A stretch of 64,000 bases of DNA from NCBI GenBank assembly GCA_025928935.1, contig JAICNB010000001.1:18326-82325 (forward strand). Direction: 5' to 3'. Within the stretch, counting starts at the first letter, position 1. Each line of letters opens with the position of its first letter. This stretch comes from Acidimicrobiia bacterium. GTDB taxonomy: Bacteria; Actinomycetota; Acidimicrobiia; Spongiisociales; ZC4RG35. Below are positions 27,687 to 38,190 of this stretch, piece by piece. The notes below the pieces were generated by a model. The model worked only from the letters and a program-made list of their open reading frames with translations. It ran no database searches and was not told the DNA's origin. A program made the translations under genes and the position numbers.

Positions 27687-28277
27687 ATGGCAAGACTCGT
27701 AGTCGTCGAAATGGTGTCCCTGGATGGGGTGATGCAGGCACCGGGGAGTCCCGACGAGGACCGAAGCGGGGGGTTCGAGCATGGCGGATGGGCGATGCCC
27801 TACTTCGACGAGGTCGCCGGTGAGGAGGCCGGCAGGTCGATGGCCGAGACGGGCGCCTTCCTGTTCGGGCGCAAGACCTACGAGATCATGGCCGCGTATT
27901 GGCCCAACCAACCTCACGATGACATGTTCTCCCAAGTCCTCAACAGCTTGCCCAAGTACGTGGCCTCGACCACCCTCGCCGAGCCCTTGGCCTGGTCAGG
28001 CTCCAGTCTCTTGAAGGGTGACGTCGCTGAGGCGGTTGCCGCGCTGAAGGAAGAGCAGGTCGGGAACATCGTGGTGCTGGGCAGCGGACGGCTTGCCCGG
28101 ACCCTCATGGAGCACGACCTCGTTGACGAGTACGGGTTGACGATTCATCCGCTGCTGCTCGGTCCCGGCAAGCGCCTATTCGATGAGGTGGGTGGGATGC
28201 GGACGCTGCGATTGGTGGATTCGAAGGCAACCACCACCGGGGTCATCCTCGCCACCTACCGACCGGAGGGCGGTTGA
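27687..28277 (+). CDS. dihydrofolate-reductase-family (RibD C-terminal domain-like) protein
   Basis: MVSLDGVMQAPG...GRKTYE...VVLGSGRL pattern of the DHFR-like YwjB/RibD_C family. Confidence 0.75.
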   Translation: MARLVVVEMVSLDGVMQAPGSPDEDRSGGFEHGGWAMPYFDEVAGEEAGRSMAETGAFLFGRKTYEIMAAYWPNQPHDDMFSQVLNSLPKYVASTTLAEPLAWSGSSLLKGDVAEAVAALKEEQVGNIVVLGSGRLARTLMEHDLVDEYGLTIHPLLLGPGKRLFDEVGGMRTLRLVDSKATTTGVILATYRPEGG

Positions 28278-28310
28278 TTTACCGCACGCGACGGCCCGTC
28301 CTATCCTCAG

Positions 28311-28724
28311 ATGGTGACTCTGGCCGACTATCTGCCGATCGGGATCATGCTTCTCCTGGCCGCAGTTTTCGTTGCCGTGTCTCTCATCGCCTCCCGTCTG
28401 GTCCGGCCTGACCGACCCACGGCAGCCAAGCTCGACCCTTACGAGAGCGGCATCGTGCCCGAGACCGAGCCCGTCCAGCGGTTCCCGGTGAAGTTCTACC
28501 TGGTGGCGATGCTGTTCGTGATCTTCGACGTCGAAATCATCTTCCTGTTCGCATGGGCATCGATCTACGACACGCTGGGCTGGTATGGGGTGGCGGCGAT
28601 ATTCATCTTCACTTTCTTCGTCGCCGAGACGCTGGCCTATGTCTGGAAGCGGGGCGCACTCGACTGGAATGTCCATCGGCGGGCCCGCTACATCCCGAGC
28701 GGTGCCACGGACGAAGCCGCCTAG
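28311..28724 (+). CDS. nuoA: NADH-quinone oxidoreductase subunit A
   Basis: Three TM helices; conserved FDVEIIFLFAWA. Confidence 0.9.
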   Translation: MVTLADYLPIGIMLLLAAVFVAVSLIASRLVRPDRPTAAKLDPYESGIVPETEPVQRFPVKFYLVAMLFVIFDVEIIFLFAWASIYDTLGWYGVAAIFIFTFFVAETLAYVWKRGALDWNVHRRARYIPSGATDEAA

Positions 28725-28727
28725 GCG

Positions 28728-29195
28728 ATGGCGACCACCGCCCCCGGCAACCTCCTCATGACCACCATCGATCGGGCCGCTCGCTGGGCGCGGACCCGCT
28801 CGATGTTCCCGGCTTCATTCGGTCTCGCCTGCTGTGCCATCGAGATGATGGCCACCGGGGCGGCTCACTACGACCTGGGCCGGTTCGGGATGGAGGTGTT
28901 CCGCGCTTCCCCACGCCAGTCCGACCTGATGGTGGTGGCCGGTCGGGTGAGCCAGAAGATGGCCCCGGTGCTTCGTCAGGTGTATGACCAGATGCCGGAC
29001 CCGAAGTGGGTGATCTCGATGGGCGCATGCGCGTCGACCGGGGGCATGTTCAACAACTACGCGCTCGTTCAGGGTGTCGACCAGGTGGTGCCGGTCGACA
29101 TCTACGTGCCTGGGTGCCCGCCGGGCCCACAGAGCCTGATGCACGGGATCCTCACCCTTCACGACAAGATCATGAAGGGCGAGATCAATAATTGA
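28728..29195 (+). CDS. nuoB: NADH-quinone oxidoreductase subunit B
   Basis: [11 protein letters not shown] ... GACASTGG ... VPGCPP N2 cluster motifs. Confidence 0.95.
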   Translation: MATTAPGNLLMTTIDRAARWARTRSMFPASFGLACCAIEMMATGAAHYDLGRFGMEVFRASPRQSDLMVVAGRVSQKMAPVLRQVYDQMPDPKWVISMGACASTGGMFNNYALVQGVDQVVPVDIYVPGCPPGPQSLMHGILTLHDKIMKGEINN

Positions 29196-29737
29196 CCGAC
29201 GAGACCCGTTCTGAGTTGGAAGAAGCAGTCCCCGAAGAGGAGGTCGTCGAGCGGCCCCTTCCCGAGAACCCGGTGCTGAGAGACCTGTTCGCCGCATTCG
29301 AAGACGTGGAATGGGTGAGCTCTCGCGGCCAGGACGTGGCTCGGGTACCCAAGCAGCGCTGGTCCGAGTTCGGTTCGGCTGCAAGAGCGGCCGGGTACGA
29401 GGTGTGTGCCGATGTCACGGCCGTCGACTGGATGCGTCAGCGCCCCGACCGCTTCGAGGTGGTGGCCAACCTGTTGTCCATGCAGCACCGGCTCCGTCTT
29501 CGCATCATCACCACGGCTTCTCGTGAGGACCCCACCGTCGCCTCGCTGGTCCCGATCTGGCCCGGCGCCAACTTCCCCGAGCGTGAGGCATACGACATGT
29601 TCGGCATCGAGTTCGAGGGGCATCCCGACTTGACCCGCATCCTGATGCCCGACGAATGGGAAGGCCATCCCCTGCGCAAGGACTTCGGTGTCGGGTCGGT
29701 GCCGGTGCAGTTCAAGGAAAGCCACAAGGTCAGCTGA
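29192..29737 (+). CDS. nuoC: NADH-quinone oxidoreductase subunit C
   Basis: [35 protein letters not shown] signature. Confidence 0.9.
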   Translation: MTDETRSELEEAVPEEEVVERPLPENPVLRDLFAAFEDVEWVSSRGQDVARVPKQRWSEFGSAARAAGYEVCADVTAVDWMRQRPDRFEVVANLLSMQHRLRLRIITTASREDPTVASLVPIWPGANFPEREAYDMFGIEFEGHPDLTRILMPDEWEGHPLRKDFGVGSVPVQFKESHKVS

Positions 29738-29738
29738 G

Positions 29739-31088
29739 ATGACCGAAGACACGAAGACGATGAAGACACTCGACGTGTGGGTGGCGGGCACCGAGGAGCC
29801 CGAGTTCGCCCCCACCGACGAGGGTGCCCAGGAGATCTCGATCGACGAATCCGGGCCTCGTCTCGATGAGCAGCTCGGACGGGTGGTCGAGGACGACTAC
29901 GTCTTCGACGACGACGCCGATGCCGATGAGCGGATGATCCTCAACATGGGGCCGCAGCACCCCTCGACTCACGGGGTGCTACGTCTCCAGATCGAGTTGG
30001 AAGGGGAGATCATCCGCCGCACCAAGCCGATCATCGGGTACCTGCACACTGGGATGGAGAAGACCGCAGAGCAGCTGAACTTCTCCCAGGGGGGGACCAA
30101 CGTCACCCGGATGGATTATCTGTCACCGTTCCACAACGAGCTGGCCTATTCACTCGCCGTGGAAAGGCTGCTCGGGATCGACGTCCCTCCCCGAGCCGCG
30201 GCCATCCGAGTCCTCCTGACCGAATTGAATCGTGTCTCCTCTCACCTCGTGGCCCTGGCCACCAACGGGATGGACATCGGGGCCATCTCGATGATGATCT
30301 ACGGGTTCCGGGACCGGGAGCAGATCCTGGCCTTCTTCGAGAAGACGACCGGCCTCCGCATGAACCACAACTTCATCCGACCCGGTGGAGTGGCCGCCGA
30401 TCTGCCTCCCGGGTGGAAGGACGACGTGTCCGAGATAGTCGATGGGCTGCCGAGACGTCTCCAGCAATACGACGATCTTCTCGAGAACAACCCGATCTGG
30501 GTGGCGCGCACGAAGGGAGTCGGGGTCATCTCCGCCGAGGAGGCGGCTACGTACGGCATCACCGGTCCCACGCTGCGGTCGACCGGAGTCGACTGGGACA
30601 TCCGCAAGACGTTTCCTTACAGCGGGATCGAGCAGTACGAGTTCGAGGTAGCGGTCGGGGAGAACGGGGACGTCTACGACAGGTACCGGATTCGGATGGA
30701 CGAGATCGCCGAGTCACTGAAGATCATCGAGCAGGTGATGGACACGATTCCGAAGGGGGACTACCGGGTCGATGACCGCAAGGTCACTCCGCCGCCCCGG
30801 GCCCGGATCGACGAGTCGATGGAGGCGCTGATCCATCATTTCAAGCTGTTCACCGAGGGCTACAAGGTCCCGGCCGGGGAGACGTACGTCGCCGTGGAGT
30901 CACCTCGTGGCGAGTTGGGGTGTTACCTCGTCTCCGACGGCGGGGCCAATCCATATCGGATGCACACCCGTGCCCCGTCGTTCTACAACCTCCAGGCCCT
31001 CCCGATCGCCATGGCCGACTCCCTCATGGCCGATACCGTCGCCACCATCGCCTCCCTCGACCCGGTGATGGGGGACGTCGACCGGTAG
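29739..31088 (+). CDS. nuoD: NADH-quinone oxidoreductase subunit D
   Basis: In-frame ATG at 29739 (MTEDTKTMKTL...); NMGPQHPSTHGVLR signature; C-terminal RAPSF. Confidence 0.95.
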   Translation: MTEDTKTMKTLDVWVAGTEEPEFAPTDEGAQEISIDESGPRLDEQLGRVVEDDYVFDDDADADERMILNMGPQHPSTHGVLRLQIELEGEIIRRTKPIIGYLHTGMEKTAEQLNFSQGGTNVTRMDYLSPFHNELAYSLAVERLLGIDVPPRAAAIRVLLTELNRVSSHLVALATNGMDIGAISMMIYGFRDREQILAFFEKTTGLRMNHNFIRPGGVAADLPPGWKDDVSEIVDGLPRRLQQYDDLLENNPIWVARTKGVGVISAEEAATYGITGPTLRSTGVDWDIRKTFPYSGIEQYEFEVAVGENGDVYDRYRIRMDEIAESLKIIEQVMDTIPKGDYRVDDRKVTPPPRARIDESMEALIHHFKLFTEGYKVPAGETYVAVESPRGELGCYLVSDGGANPYRMHTRAPSFYNLQALPIAMADSLMADTVATIASLDPVMGDVDR

Positions 31089-31093
31089 GAGGT

Positions 31094-32560
31094 CTACGGC
31101 CAGCCCTGATGGTGGAGGCGGAATTGCCTCACTTCCTCATTGGTTGACGGGCCCCAGGTCATGGTGGGTACCGGGTGCTCGATGCGAGCGGCCTCCAGGT
31201 CGGCCGCCGTGAACCCAACCGGGGAAGTGATCGGGTCCACCCCATAGAGGGCGGCGGCGTTCCAGCCCAGGATCTTGGCCTTGATCCCCCTGGTCAGTTC
31301 GGGGTATCCGTGTTGCTCACGAAGATCGGACGGGATCTGAAACGCCCTCAGCGCATCGATCTGACCCTGGGGCGAGCCGTAGAATATGGAGTCGGTGCCC
31401 CACAACACGTTGTTCTCCCCGAAGGCCACCAGCAGCTTGCCCAGTGCGTGGGCCGCCTCGTCGGGGCGTCGCAACAGGTGCCACCACGTCGACCCGATCT
31501 CGGCGTAGACGTTCTCGCCCGGCCCGATCCCCGCCTTCTGCACCGAATCGAGGAGTCGGTTGACGCCGACATGCGCCGTCTCCGCCGTGAACGGCCCCTC
31601 CCGCTGGGCCACCTCGAAACCGGAGTGGTAGACGACGAACTCGACGTCCGGGTGGGCCCTCGCCGCCGGGCCGATGTCCTCCGGCGAGCCGTATCGACTC
31701 TGATCGGACAAACCCTTGTGCACGAACAGGACAGGCGCGCCCGATCGAGCGACCTCGTCGAGAAACAGGTTCCCCACCTGGGGAAGATTTGGGTCGTGAT
31801 CGTCCAACCACCAATTGATGCCGGTCGGGAAGTGGGTGAACGTCTTCCACCCGCTGATGGTGTTCTCCGCCACCGCCCGGTGCATCTCCTGGAACACCGA
31901 TTGGGCTGGAGCGACCTGGGGCAGGGCCAGGGCGTTGACCAGGATCCGGTCGTCACCGGAGAGGGCCTTCACCATCTGGACGGTGTCCTCCATCACCTCA
32001 GGGGAGAGAGGGCTCCCCTCGGGGAGGATGGGGAGCCCTGAGAGGGCGACCATCGTCGTGTCGGACCGGATGAAGATCTCCTCGAGGAAATGGTTGGTGG
32101 CGAAGCAGGCCCTGGGGTCGTCCTCCTCCTCACACCGGGCCTGTGGGAAGTTCGTCCCCCAGAACCAGTCACCTCTGGTTGAGGGGTCGAGGTCGTACTC
32201 GAGCAGGTGGCCCTGGACGTCGAACACGAACTCACGCGGCCCTAACGCCTCCTGCGCCGCCTCTGCCTCGTGACGGGAGACGGGATCGAAGGGGTACCAA
32301 ATGCCGGGCTGGAGGCCCAGAGCGCGGGCCAGGGTGTTGTCGATCGCTGCCAGCGAGACGGCCACAGCCGAGGCGGAGCGGAGGAACTCACGTCGGCTCA
32401 GATCGGTGCGGCTGATCGCTTCATCCGCGTCGGCCCGGGCGGTTCGCTCCATCTCCCGTCGGATGGGGGTGACCCGCTCCGGTTCGTACTCGCCGTTCGA
32501 GCACTGGCCAAAAGCGATGGGTAGACCCGGGTCCTCGTCGCGCCAACGTGTGGCCATCAC
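31094..32560 (-). CDS. Tat-signal amidohydrolase-2-family metal-dependent hydrolase, encoded antisense within the nuo operon
   Basis: Twin-arginine motif SRREFLRSASAVAV; TIM-barrel amidohydrolase features (HxH-like FDVQGH, VHKG, HSGFE, D near C-terminus). Confidence 0.7.
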   Translation of the reverse strand: MMATRWRDEDPGLPIAFGQCSNGEYEPERVTPIRREMERTARADADEAISRTDLSRREFLRSASAVAVSLAAIDNTLARALGLQPGIWYPFDPVSRHEAEAAQEALGPREFVFDVQGHLLEYDLDPSTRGDWFWGTNFPQARCEEEDDPRACFATNHFLEEIFIRSDTTMVALSGLPILPEGSPLSPEVMEDTVQMVKALSGDDRILVNALALPQVAPAQSVFQEMHRAVAENTISGWKTFTHFPTGINWWLDDHDPNLPQVGNLFLDEVARSGAPVLFVHKGLSDQSRYGSPEDIGPAARAHPDVEFVVYHSGFEVAQREGPFTAETAHVGVNRLLDSVQKAGIGPGENVYAEIGSTWWHLLRRPDEAAHALGKLLVAFGENNVLWGTDSIFYGSPQGQIDALRAFQIPSDLREQHGYPELTRGIKAKILGWNAAALYGVDPITSPVGFTAADLEAARIEHPVPTMTWGPSTNEEVRQFRLHHQGWP

Positions 32561-32621
32561 CCGATTCTGGCGTATTCCGGGTTTCGCCGGTCGTTCCGCT
32601 ACTCCCTATTCTCCGCCGTCG

Positions 32622-33245
32622 ATGAGTCATTGGTCGGAGGCCACTCAGGAGCGGGCTCGGGAGATCATCGCCCGGTACCCCCAGAAGCGGTCGGCCGTCA
32701 TGCCATTGCTGTATCTGGCCATGGCGGAAGAGGGGTATCTGACGAATGAGGGCATGGAGGAGGTGGCCCGCTGGGTCGACATCACCCCGGCCCAGGTCCA
32801 GGCCGTCGCCACCTTCTACACCATGTACAAGCGCCGACCGACCGGGCGATACCTGGTTTCCTGCTGCACCTCGATCTCATGCATGCTGCTCGGTGGGGAC
32901 GATGTCCTCCATGCGGTCGAGGACGAGTCCGGAGTCCCGCATGGTGAAACCGGAGCCGACGGCCTGCTCTCTGTCGAGCACGTCGAATGCATCGGAGCCT
33001 GCGGCGGCGCACCGGCGGTCCAGGTCAACTACGAGCTGATCGAAGGTGTCACCCCGGATAAGGCCCGGGACCTCGTCCGGTGGCTCGATACCGCCCGGCC
33101 CGACGTGGTCAACACCGACGAGATGCAGGAGCTGTTCGGCGGCGTGCGCAGCTTCGACTGGGCTATCAGGGAGGGAGAGGGAGCGAAGGGGCCTTATCCC
33201 GCCTTCCAGGCCCTGGGCACCGTGGGCAGGGAAGGCGAGACGTGA
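32622..33245 (+). CDS. nuoE: NADH-quinone oxidoreductase subunit E
   Basis: In-frame ATG at 32622 (MSHWSEATQERAREIIARYP); thioredoxin-like [2Fe-2S] motifs CCTSISC ... CIGACGGAP. Confidence 0.9.
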   Translation: MSHWSEATQERAREIIARYPQKRSAVMPLLYLAMAEEGYLTNEGMEEVARWVDITPAQVQAVATFYTMYKRRPTGRYLVSCCTSISCMLLGGDDVLHAVEDESGVPHGETGADGLLSVEHVECIGACGGAPAVQVNYELIEGVTPDKARDLVRWLDTARPDVVNTDEMQELFGGVRSFDWAIREGEGAKGPYPAFQALGTVGREGET

Positions 33246-34555
33246 CCTACCCCCTCGTCGTGACCAGGCGGATGACCGACCACCCGGCCGATTCGCACAC
33301 CCTGGAACGGTACGAGGCCACCTCCGGATACGAGCAGGCGAGACGGGCCCTGACGATGACCCGGGACGAGCTGGTCGAGGAGATCAAGACGTCGGGTCTG
33401 CTGGGCCGGGGTGGGGCAGCGTTCTCGGCCGGTCTGAAATGGAGCTTCCTGGCGCCGGCCCGGCCCTCCTATCTGGTGATCAACGGCGACGAGTCGGAGC
33501 CCGGTACCTTCAAGGACCGCCAGCTCCTCGAGCGGGACCCGCACCAGATGCTGGAGGGGGTGATCATCACCGCCATCGCCAACGAGGTCCATCACGCCTT
33601 CATCTACATAAGGGGCGAGTACCCCAAGCCGGCTCGAAGGGTCCAGACCGCCGTCGACGAGGCTTATGCTCGGGGCTATCTGGGCAAGGGGATCTTCGGG
33701 TCAGACTACGACCTCGAAGTCACCGTCCACCTCGGTGCAGGGGCCTACATATGCGGTGAGGAGACGGCGCTGATCAACAGCCTGGAGGGGCTCCGTGGCG
33801 AGCCGAGGCTCAAGCCGCCCTATTTCCCGGCCGCCAAGGGCCTCTACATGCAACCCACCATCGTCAACAATGTCGAGACGGTTTCCAACCTGCCCCACAT
33901 CCTGGCGATGGGATCTGAGGAGTTCATCGAGATCGGGCACCCCCTCGACACCGGCACGTTCATGATCTCGATCTCGGGCCATGTCAACAAGCCGGGCAAC
34001 TACGAGCTCCCGCACGGGCTCACCTGGCGCCATCTCATCTATGACATCGCCGGCGGCGTGCCCGGAGGCAGGGAGATCAAGGCCATCGTCCCCGGCGGGG
34101 CCTCGGCTCCATGGTTCATCCCCGAGATCCATCTCGAGGACCAGATCACCAAGGACGTCTGTGCCGAGGCGGGCTCGATGCTGGGGTCGGGCGCGGTCAT
34201 CGTCATGGACGAGACCACCTGCATGGTCCGGGCGGCCGAGCGGATCGTGCGCTTCTTCGCGCATGAGTCCTGCGGTCAATGCACCCCCTGTCGGGAGGGA
34301 ACCACCTGGATGGAGATGATCCTGCGCCGAATCGAGGAAGGTCAGGGGCGGGCCGTCGACCTCGATCTCCTGCTCGACGTCTCCGACGGGATCAGTGTCG
34401 GTCTCGCCTGGCCCCCCAAGATGACCACGATCTGCCCGCTCGGCCCCTCGGCGGTGTCTCCGGTGCTCGCCCTCCGTGATTACTTCCGCGATGAGGTGGA
34501 TGAACACGTGAAGATGGCTGGCTGCCCGTTGAAAAAGGTAGAGGCTCACGCGTGA
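33242..34555 (+). CDS. nuoF: NADH-quinone oxidoreductase subunit F
   Basis: GTG at 33242 overlapping the nuoE stop; GRGGAAFSAGLKW FMN site; NGDESEPGTFKDR; C-terminal ESCGQCTPCREG. Confidence 0.95.
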   Translation: MTYPLVVTRRMTDHPADSHTLERYEATSGYEQARRALTMTRDELVEEIKTSGLLGRGGAAFSAGLKWSFLAPARPSYLVINGDESEPGTFKDRQLLERDPHQMLEGVIITAIANEVHHAFIYIRGEYPKPARRVQTAVDEAYARGYLGKGIFGSDYDLEVTVHLGAGAYICGEETALINSLEGLRGEPRLKPPYFPAAKGLYMQPTIVNNVETVSNLPHILAMGSEEFIEIGHPLDTGTFMISISGHVNKPGNYELPHGLTWRHLIYDIAGGVPGGREIKAIVPGGASAPWFIPEIHLEDQITKDVCAEAGSMLGSGAVIVMDETTCMVRAAERIVRFFAHESCGQCTPCREGTTWMEMILRRIEEGQGRAVDLDLLLDVSDGISVGLAWPPKMTTICPLGPSAVSPVLALRDYFRDEVDEHVKMAGCPLKKVEAHA

Positions 34556-34648
34556 CCATCTCGCGAATCTCTCATGCCGGGTCCCTGCCAGATCGCCGTG
34601 TCGTGTCGGCACGTCGCCTGCACGGCGAGCGGGGGTCTGGGGGTCGCG

Positions 34649-37087
34649 ATGGGTGAAGCCGGGCCCGAGCACGTAACGATCACCATCGACGGCGTGTCCC
34701 ACGAAGTGCCCGCCGGGGCTCTCGTCATCAAGGCCGCCCAGGACAGGGGCACCTACATCCCAAGGTTCTGCTGGCACGAGAGGATGAACCCGGTGGGGAT
34801 GTGCCGGATGTGCCTGGTCGAAGTGCAGGGCCCCCGGGGCCCGATGTTGGTCACGGCTTGCACCAACAACGTCGCCGACGGGATGGTCGTCGACACCCGC
34901 GGCCCGACGGTCAAGAAGGCCCAGGAGGCGGTACTCGAGTTCCTCCTCGCCAACCATCCCCTGGACTGTCCGGTGTGCGACAAGGGCGGCGAGTGCCCGC
35001 TCCAGGATCAAGCCTTCTCGCACGGACCAGGGGAGAGCAGGTTCGTCGAGATCAAGCGCAACTTCGCCAAGCCGATACCGATCTCAGATCTGGTCCTGCT
35101 CGATCGGGAGCGTTGCATCCTCTGCGCCCGCTGCACCCGGTTCTCAGACGAGATCAGCGGCGATCCTCTCATCGAGTTCAAGTCGAGAGCCAACGTCACC
35201 GAGGTCAACACGTTCCCCGATCTCCCCTTCTCCTCCTACTTCTCGGGCAACACCATCCAGATCTGCCCGGTCGGCGCCCTCACCTCGGCCCAATACCGCT
35301 TCCGGGCCCGGCCCTGGGACCTGCAGATGGTGGAGAGCTCCGGGATGCACGACACCGCACATCCCCGGCTCTCCGTTCAGGTCAGCCAGAACGAGGTCCT
35401 CCGCCTAGTCGGTGTCGACAACGACGCCACCAACCATGGCTGGCTGTCCGACAAGGACCGGTTCGGCTTCCAATACCTCACCTCGGAGGAGCGGCTCACC
35501 ATGCCGCTGGTCCGTCAGGATGGTCAGCTGGTCGAGACGACGTGGGCCGAGGCCCTCGATCGGGTAGCGGAGCGCATCGGGCTCATCCGTGACGAGGATG
35601 GTGGGGAGGTGTTCGCGGTGATCGGGGGCGGCCATGGGACCAACGAGGACGCCTATGCAATCTCCAAGTTCGCCAGGGTGGTGCTCGAGACCAACAACGT
35701 CGACGCCCGCCTCGACGACGCCCTCTCCTCTCACTTCCTCGCCGCAACCGCCGATCGTGGGCTCATCGCCGACATCGACGGGGCCGACACCATCCTTCTC
35801 TGGGGCCCGGACCTGAAAGAGGAGCATCCCACCCTCTATCTGCGGGTGCGTCGGGCCGCCCAGGAGCTGGGAGTGCGCCTCGTGGTCATCCACCCCCGGG
35901 CGACTGGGCTCGACGACCGGGCGAGCATGAAACTGACCTACCGGCCTGGTGGCGGATTCGCGCTTCTCGACGAGGTCGCCGATGGGAAGCATCCCGAGCT
36001 ACGTCAGGCGCTCTCCGCCGACCGTGTGGTGGCGATCGTGGGTCAGGCCTCGTTCGCCGATGGCCCTCAGCTGGCCGAATCGGTTGCCGCCTACGTGCGG
36101 AACAAGGCGGGCTCGGCCCGGATCCTCCCGCTGGCCAGGCGGGGCAACATCTTCGGTGCTCTCGACATGGGCCTCGCTCCGGACCTGCTCCCCGGCCGGG
36201 TCGCGCCTGACCACGCCGGGCGGGCCGCATTGGCCGAATCATGGGGCGAGCCTCCTGCAGCGAGGGGCAAGGACACCCGCGCCATGCTGGAGGGCATCGA
36301 TTCAGGCGAGATCCGGTTCCTGCTCCTGGTCGGCGCCGACCCGGTTCGCGATGTCCCCGACCCGCGCCGGGCGCTGCTGGCGATGGACTCGGCCGAGTAT
36401 GTCGTGTCGATCGACCTCTTCCTCAACGACTCCAACCGGGAGGCCGACGTCGTGCTGCCGGCGGCGGGGTTCGCCGAGAAGGACGGGACGGTCACCAATC
36501 TGGAGGGCCGGGTGCAGAAGGTCAACGTGATCGCACCGATCCCGGGCCAGGGCCGGCCCGACTGGGCGATTCTGGATGATCTGGCTGAACGGGCGGGACG
36601 CCCGATCGGGCTGGCCAATGCCGAGTCGATCGCCAAGGAGATCTCGGAGGTGGCCCCGGCATACACCGGGATCACCTGGGATCATCTCGAGTGGGAGGCC
36701 AGGGATGGGGCGGTTGTGCCTCTCTCCGGGAGCCAGCCCTTGAGCCACATCCCGGTCGCCCTCAAGGGCGATAACGCGCCCACTGCGCCACTGCTTCTCC
36801 ACGTGGGCCGGACCCTCTACGACGACGGGGTGATGTTGAGACACAGCCCGTCGCTTCGTCCGCTCGCTCGAGGAGCCGTGGTCCACCTCAACCCCGAGGA
36901 TGCGAAGAAGGCGGGGGCCCAGGACGGCCACCCGGTGAGGGTGGTCACCAGCCACGGTGAAGGCGAGTTCTCGGCGATCCTCGACGAGGGCACCCCCGAA
37001 GGTGTGGTCTACGTGCCGTTCAACCAGCCTGGCGGAGCACCGCTGGGCACCGATGCCGTGGTGCGGGTGACGGCGGTGGGCCGATGA
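34649..37087 (+). CDS. nuoG: NADH-quinone oxidoreductase subunit G
   Basis: ATG at 34649 (MGEAGPEHVTITIDG); 2Fe-2S and 4Fe-4S Cys motifs (CWHERMNPVGMCRMC; CPVCDKGGEC; CILCARC); molybdopterin-like C-terminal domain. Confidence 0.9.
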   Translation: MGEAGPEHVTITIDGVSHEVPAGALVIKAAQDRGTYIPRFCWHERMNPVGMCRMCLVEVQGPRGPMLVTACTNNVADGMVVDTRGPTVKKAQEAVLEFLLANHPLDCPVCDKGGECPLQDQAFSHGPGESRFVEIKRNFAKPIPISDLVLLDRERCILCARCTRFSDEISGDPLIEFKSRANVTEVNTFPDLPFSSYFSGNTIQICPVGALTSAQYRFRARPWDLQMVESSGMHDTAHPRLSVQVSQNEVLRLVGVDNDATNHGWLSDKDRFGFQYLTSEERLTMPLVRQDGQLVETTWAEALDRVAERIGLIRDEDGGEVFAVIGGGHGTNEDAYAISKFARVVLETNNVDARLDDALSSHFLAATADRGLIADIDGADTILLWGPDLKEEHPTLYLRVRRAAQELGVRLVVIHPRATGLDDRASMKLTYRPGGGFALLDEVADGKHPELRQALSADRVVAIVGQASFADGPQLAESVAAYVRNKAGSARILPLARRGNIFGALDMGLAPDLLPGRVAPDHAGRAALAESWGEPPAARGKDTRAMLEGIDSGEIRFLLLVGADPVRDVPDPRRALLAMDSAEYVVSIDLFLNDSNREADVVLPAAGFAEKDGTVTNLEGRVQKVNVIAPIPGQGRPDWAILDDLAERAGRPIGLANAESIAKEISEVAPAYTGITWDHLEWEARDGAVVPLSGSQPLSHIPVALKGDNAPTAPLLLHVGRTLYDDGVMLRHSPSLRPLARGAVVHLNPEDAKKAGAQDGHPVRVVTSHGEGEFSAILDEGTPEGVVYVPFNQPGGAPLGTDAVVRVTAVGR

Positions 37088-38190
37088 GCTGGCCCGAGTT
37101 CTGGATCGTGGTGCTGAGGGTGGTTGCGACCTTCGCGCTGTTGCTGCTGGTCACCCTGATCAACGTGTGGGCTGAGCGCAAGATCCTCGCCGACATGCAG
37201 AACCGGTTGGGCCCCAGACGGGCCGGGCCGTGGGGCATCCTCCAGACGGTCGCCGACGGCTTGAAGCTGTTCTTCAAGGAGGCGGTTATCCCCCGCCGGG
37301 TCGAGATCGGCATGTACCTGCTGGCTCCGTTCCTGGCCGTGGTCCCTGCCTTCCTCATATTCATGGTGGTCCCCTGGGGGAGGCCCTTCACCATCGGCGG
37401 CAACGAGGTAGCGCTGCAGGGTGCAGACCTGAACATCGGGCTGCTCTTCATCCTCGCCATGTCGTCGCTGGCGGTATATGCGGTGGTCCTCGCCGGCTGG
37501 TCCTCAGGCTCCAAGTACCCGCTGCTGGGCGGTGTGCGGGCCACTGCCCAGGCCATCTCCTACGAGGCGGCGATGGGGCTGGCCATGGTCGCCGTGGTGA
37601 TGTTCTCGGCAACCCAGGGGGATGGCGGGACACTCTCGTTGTCCGAGATCGTCGAACGTCAGGCCGGCACGTGGGGAGACATCATCCCTGCTCTGGAGCC
37701 GGTGCTCCGGTTCGTGCCCCGATGGAACCTGTTCCCACAGATCGTTGCCTTCGTCATCTTCTTCACCGCGATCGTGGCCGAGACCAACAGGGCGCCTTTC
37801 GACCTCGTCGAGGCAGAGCAGGAGATCGTCGGTTTCCACACCGAGTACTCGGGGATGAGGTTCGCCATGTTCTTCCTCGCCGAGTACGTGAACATCTTCT
37901 CGATGTCCGCAATCGCCGCCACGCTCTTCCTCGGTGGTTGGAATGGGCCCACCTTCGAGGGGTCGGTCCCGGCCATAGTCTCGGGGATACTCCCCACCGT
38001 CTGGTTCCTGGCCAAGACGTACCTCCTCGTCTTCTTGTTCATCTGGGTGAGGGCCACCCTGCCTCGTCTCCGTTATGACCAGCTGATGCAGCTCGGGTGG
38101 AAACGGCTCATCCCGGGCGCCCTGGCCTGGCTGGTCCTCTCCACCGCGGTCATCTCGTTCCGCCAATTCGGCCCACCCTGGAGCTCGTGA
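37084..38190 (+). CDS. nuoH: NADH-quinone oxidoreductase subunit H
   Basis: AERKILADMQNRLGP signature; 8 TM. Confidence 0.95.
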   Translation: MSWPEFWIVVLRVVATFALLLLVTLINVWAERKILADMQNRLGPRRAGPWGILQTVADGLKLFFKEAVIPRRVEIGMYLLAPFLAVVPAFLIFMVVPWGRPFTIGGNEVALQGADLNIGLLFILAMSSLAVYAVVLAGWSSGSKYPLLGGVRATAQAISYEAAMGLAMVAVVMFSATQGDGGTLSLSEIVERQAGTWGDIIPALEPVLRFVPRWNLFPQIVAFVIFFTAIVAETNRAPFDLVEAEQEIVGFHTEYSGMRFAMFFLAEYVNIFSMSAIAATLFLGGWNGPTFEGSVPAIVSGILPTVWFLAKTYLLVFLFIWVRATLPRLRYDQLMQLGWKRLIPGALAWLVLSTAVISFRQFGPPWSS

